The notes below the pieces were generated by a model, which had not been told where the DNA came from, made no database searches, and saw nothing but the letters and a program-made list of their open reading frames with translations. A stretch of 55,758 nt of DNA from a virus (lineage: Duplodnaviria; Caudoviricetes), in IMG/VR virus record IMGVR_UViG_3300046777_000527, positions 1 to 55,758 of that record. One strand, 5' to 3'. Both the position numbers and the translations under genes were made by a program. Below are positions 54,548 to 55,758 of the stretch, piece by piece (the stretch's first letter is position 1; the number at the start of each line of letters is the position of its first letter).

Positions 54548-55758
54548 ATGGCAATTCACGGGTATCCCGGCAACATTATCAGCGCGTCTTCTCCGCTGTA
54601 TACGCCCGGCTTTGCTTCGGGTATCTGGAATCTTGGCAGTTGGCCTAGAGGGGTGACTGTTGTTCAGACCTTTACTACATCTGGCTTCTTCACTGTTCCT
54701 GCTGGTGTGACGGCGGTGGACTATCTGGTGGTGGCTGGCGGGGGAAGTGGTGGAGGCAAGGGGAACAACGGTGGTGGAGGTGGCGCTGGAGGTTTTAGAT
54801 TAGGCACAGCGTTTCGAGTTACTCCGGGTGCTACTTATGCCATTACAGTTGGTTCTGGTGGGACTGCCCCAGCAACAGAAATTCTTGGTTCAAATGGAGC
54901 CAATTCTTCGTTTAGCACAATAACGTCTACCGGCGGCGGAGGCGGTGGAAGATTTGGTGTTGGCGGATCGAATACTGCAAGAGATGGTGGGTCTGGCGGT
55001 GGTTCTGGTGCTTCCAGCGGCGCAGCAACTCCCGGAGGCAATGGAAACGTAGGTGGCTATACACCTTCAGAAGGCAATAATGGAGGCCCCGGAAACGCAT
55101 CTCCGGGCACTGCTGGCGGCGGCGGTGGTGGCGCATCTCAAGTGGGTGGTAGCGCAGGATCTCCAAACATTGGAGGCAATGGAGGCAACGGCACTGCAAC
55201 CACTATTTCTGGAACGTCCACAACCTATTCTGGTGGTGGCGGAGGAGGCACTGGTGGCGCAACAGCAGGAGTTGGTGGCACAGGCGGTGGCGGTAACGGC
55301 GCAACAAACAATAATGGCAGTGGTCAAAACGGTGGTGTCAACACAGGCGGCGGTGGCGGTGGATCTACTGGCGGCGGCTCATCCCCGAATCCAAACCCTG
55401 CTGGCTCAGGCGGCTCTGGCATTGTCATTATCCGCTACATAGGTTCAGTTGGCTCTGGGCAGATAAACACTTTTACAGGACTTGGCACATTAACTATTCC
55501 TCAAGGGATCACCAGTGTTGACTATCTTGTAGTCGCTGGCGGAGGCGGTGGTGGTGGAACTGGTTCTGGTATTGGCGGTGGTGGCGGTGGTGCTGGCGGT
55601 TTTAGAACTGGCACTGGTTTTCCAGTGATACCGGGTGCTTCTTACACAATTACTGTTGGTTCTGGCGGTGCTGGCAGTAGTACTACGACGCAAGGTGCCA
55701 ACGGAACTGATTCTGTTTTTTCTACCATTACTTCTACCGGAGGCGGTGGTGGTGGTTC
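54548..55758 (+). CDS. Glycine-rich tail/receptor-binding-type protein with tandem domains (3'-truncated)
   Basis: Frame opens at ATG 54548 and runs to the window end; VDYLVVAGGG...GGSGIVIIRY domain, then a second VDYLVVAGGG domain. Confidence 0.8.
   Translation, partial: MAIHGYPGNIISASSPLYTPGFASGIWNLGSWPRGVTVVQTFTTSGFFTVPAGVTAVDYLVVAGGGSGGGKGNNGGGGGAGGFRLGTAFRVTPGATYAITVGSGGTAPATEILGSNGANSSFSTITSTGGGGGGRFGVGGSNTARDGGSGGGSGASSGAATPGGNGNVGGYTPSEGNNGGPGNASPGTAGGGGGGASQVGGSAGSPNIGGNGGNGTATTISGTSTTYSGGGGGGTGGATAGVGGTGGGGNGATNNNGSGQNGGVNTGGGGGGSTGGGSSPNPNPAGSGGSGIVIIRYIGSVGSGQINTFTGLGTLTIPQGITSVDYLVVAGGGGGGGTGSGIGGGGGGAGGFRTGTGFPVIPGASYTITVGSGGAGSSTTTQGANGTDSVFSTITSTGGGGGG

Noticed and set aside
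1-55758. Stop-codon reassignment (many TAG trinucleotides)
   Set aside because: Core genes are full length in the standard code, and TAG ends genes such as 16278-16952.
54548-55758. Repeated Gly-rich domains as a DGR template/variable repeat pair
   Set aside because: No reverse transcriptase is visible, and differences between the copies are not adenine-specific.

Overview
This window is a partial genome of a tailed dsDNA phage with a podovirus-like layout: no tape-measure or tail-tube gene is visible, and large ejection-type virion proteins are present. A perfect IHF box and sigma70-type promoters suggest a proteobacterial host. Two arms diverge from a non-coding control region at about 35.2-37.0 kb. 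The minus arm (36111 to 9739) carries many small early genes, a MoxR-like AAA+/metallopeptidase-VWA module, a glycosyltransferase/methyltransferase cluster, and a replication module (VRR-NUC, PolA, Cas4-like nuclease, HNH-like protein, SNF2 helicase, SSB-like protein, primase-helicase). The plus arm (37014 to the window end, plus 1-9647) carries terminase, portal, GroES-like protein, scaffold, major capsid, small basic proteins, adaptors, fibre-like proteins and two large internal virion proteins. Both window ends cut through plus-strand genes. The most striking unexplained element is a candidate 81-nt small RNA on the minus strand at 9726-9646, with its own promoter-like box and terminator. 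Its hairpin loop is complementary to an extended Shine-Dalgarno (AAGGAGCUA) shared by at least eight minus-arm genes, with an 18/18-nt match to the best target. This looks like a phage self-targeting anti-SD regulon. Other notable items are an iteron/IHF origin candidate, apparent genome-wide CCWGG avoidance, overprinted ORFs in the giant virion gene, several structured intergenic RNAs and a decayed tRNA. All family calls come from motif recognition by eye; no searches were run.
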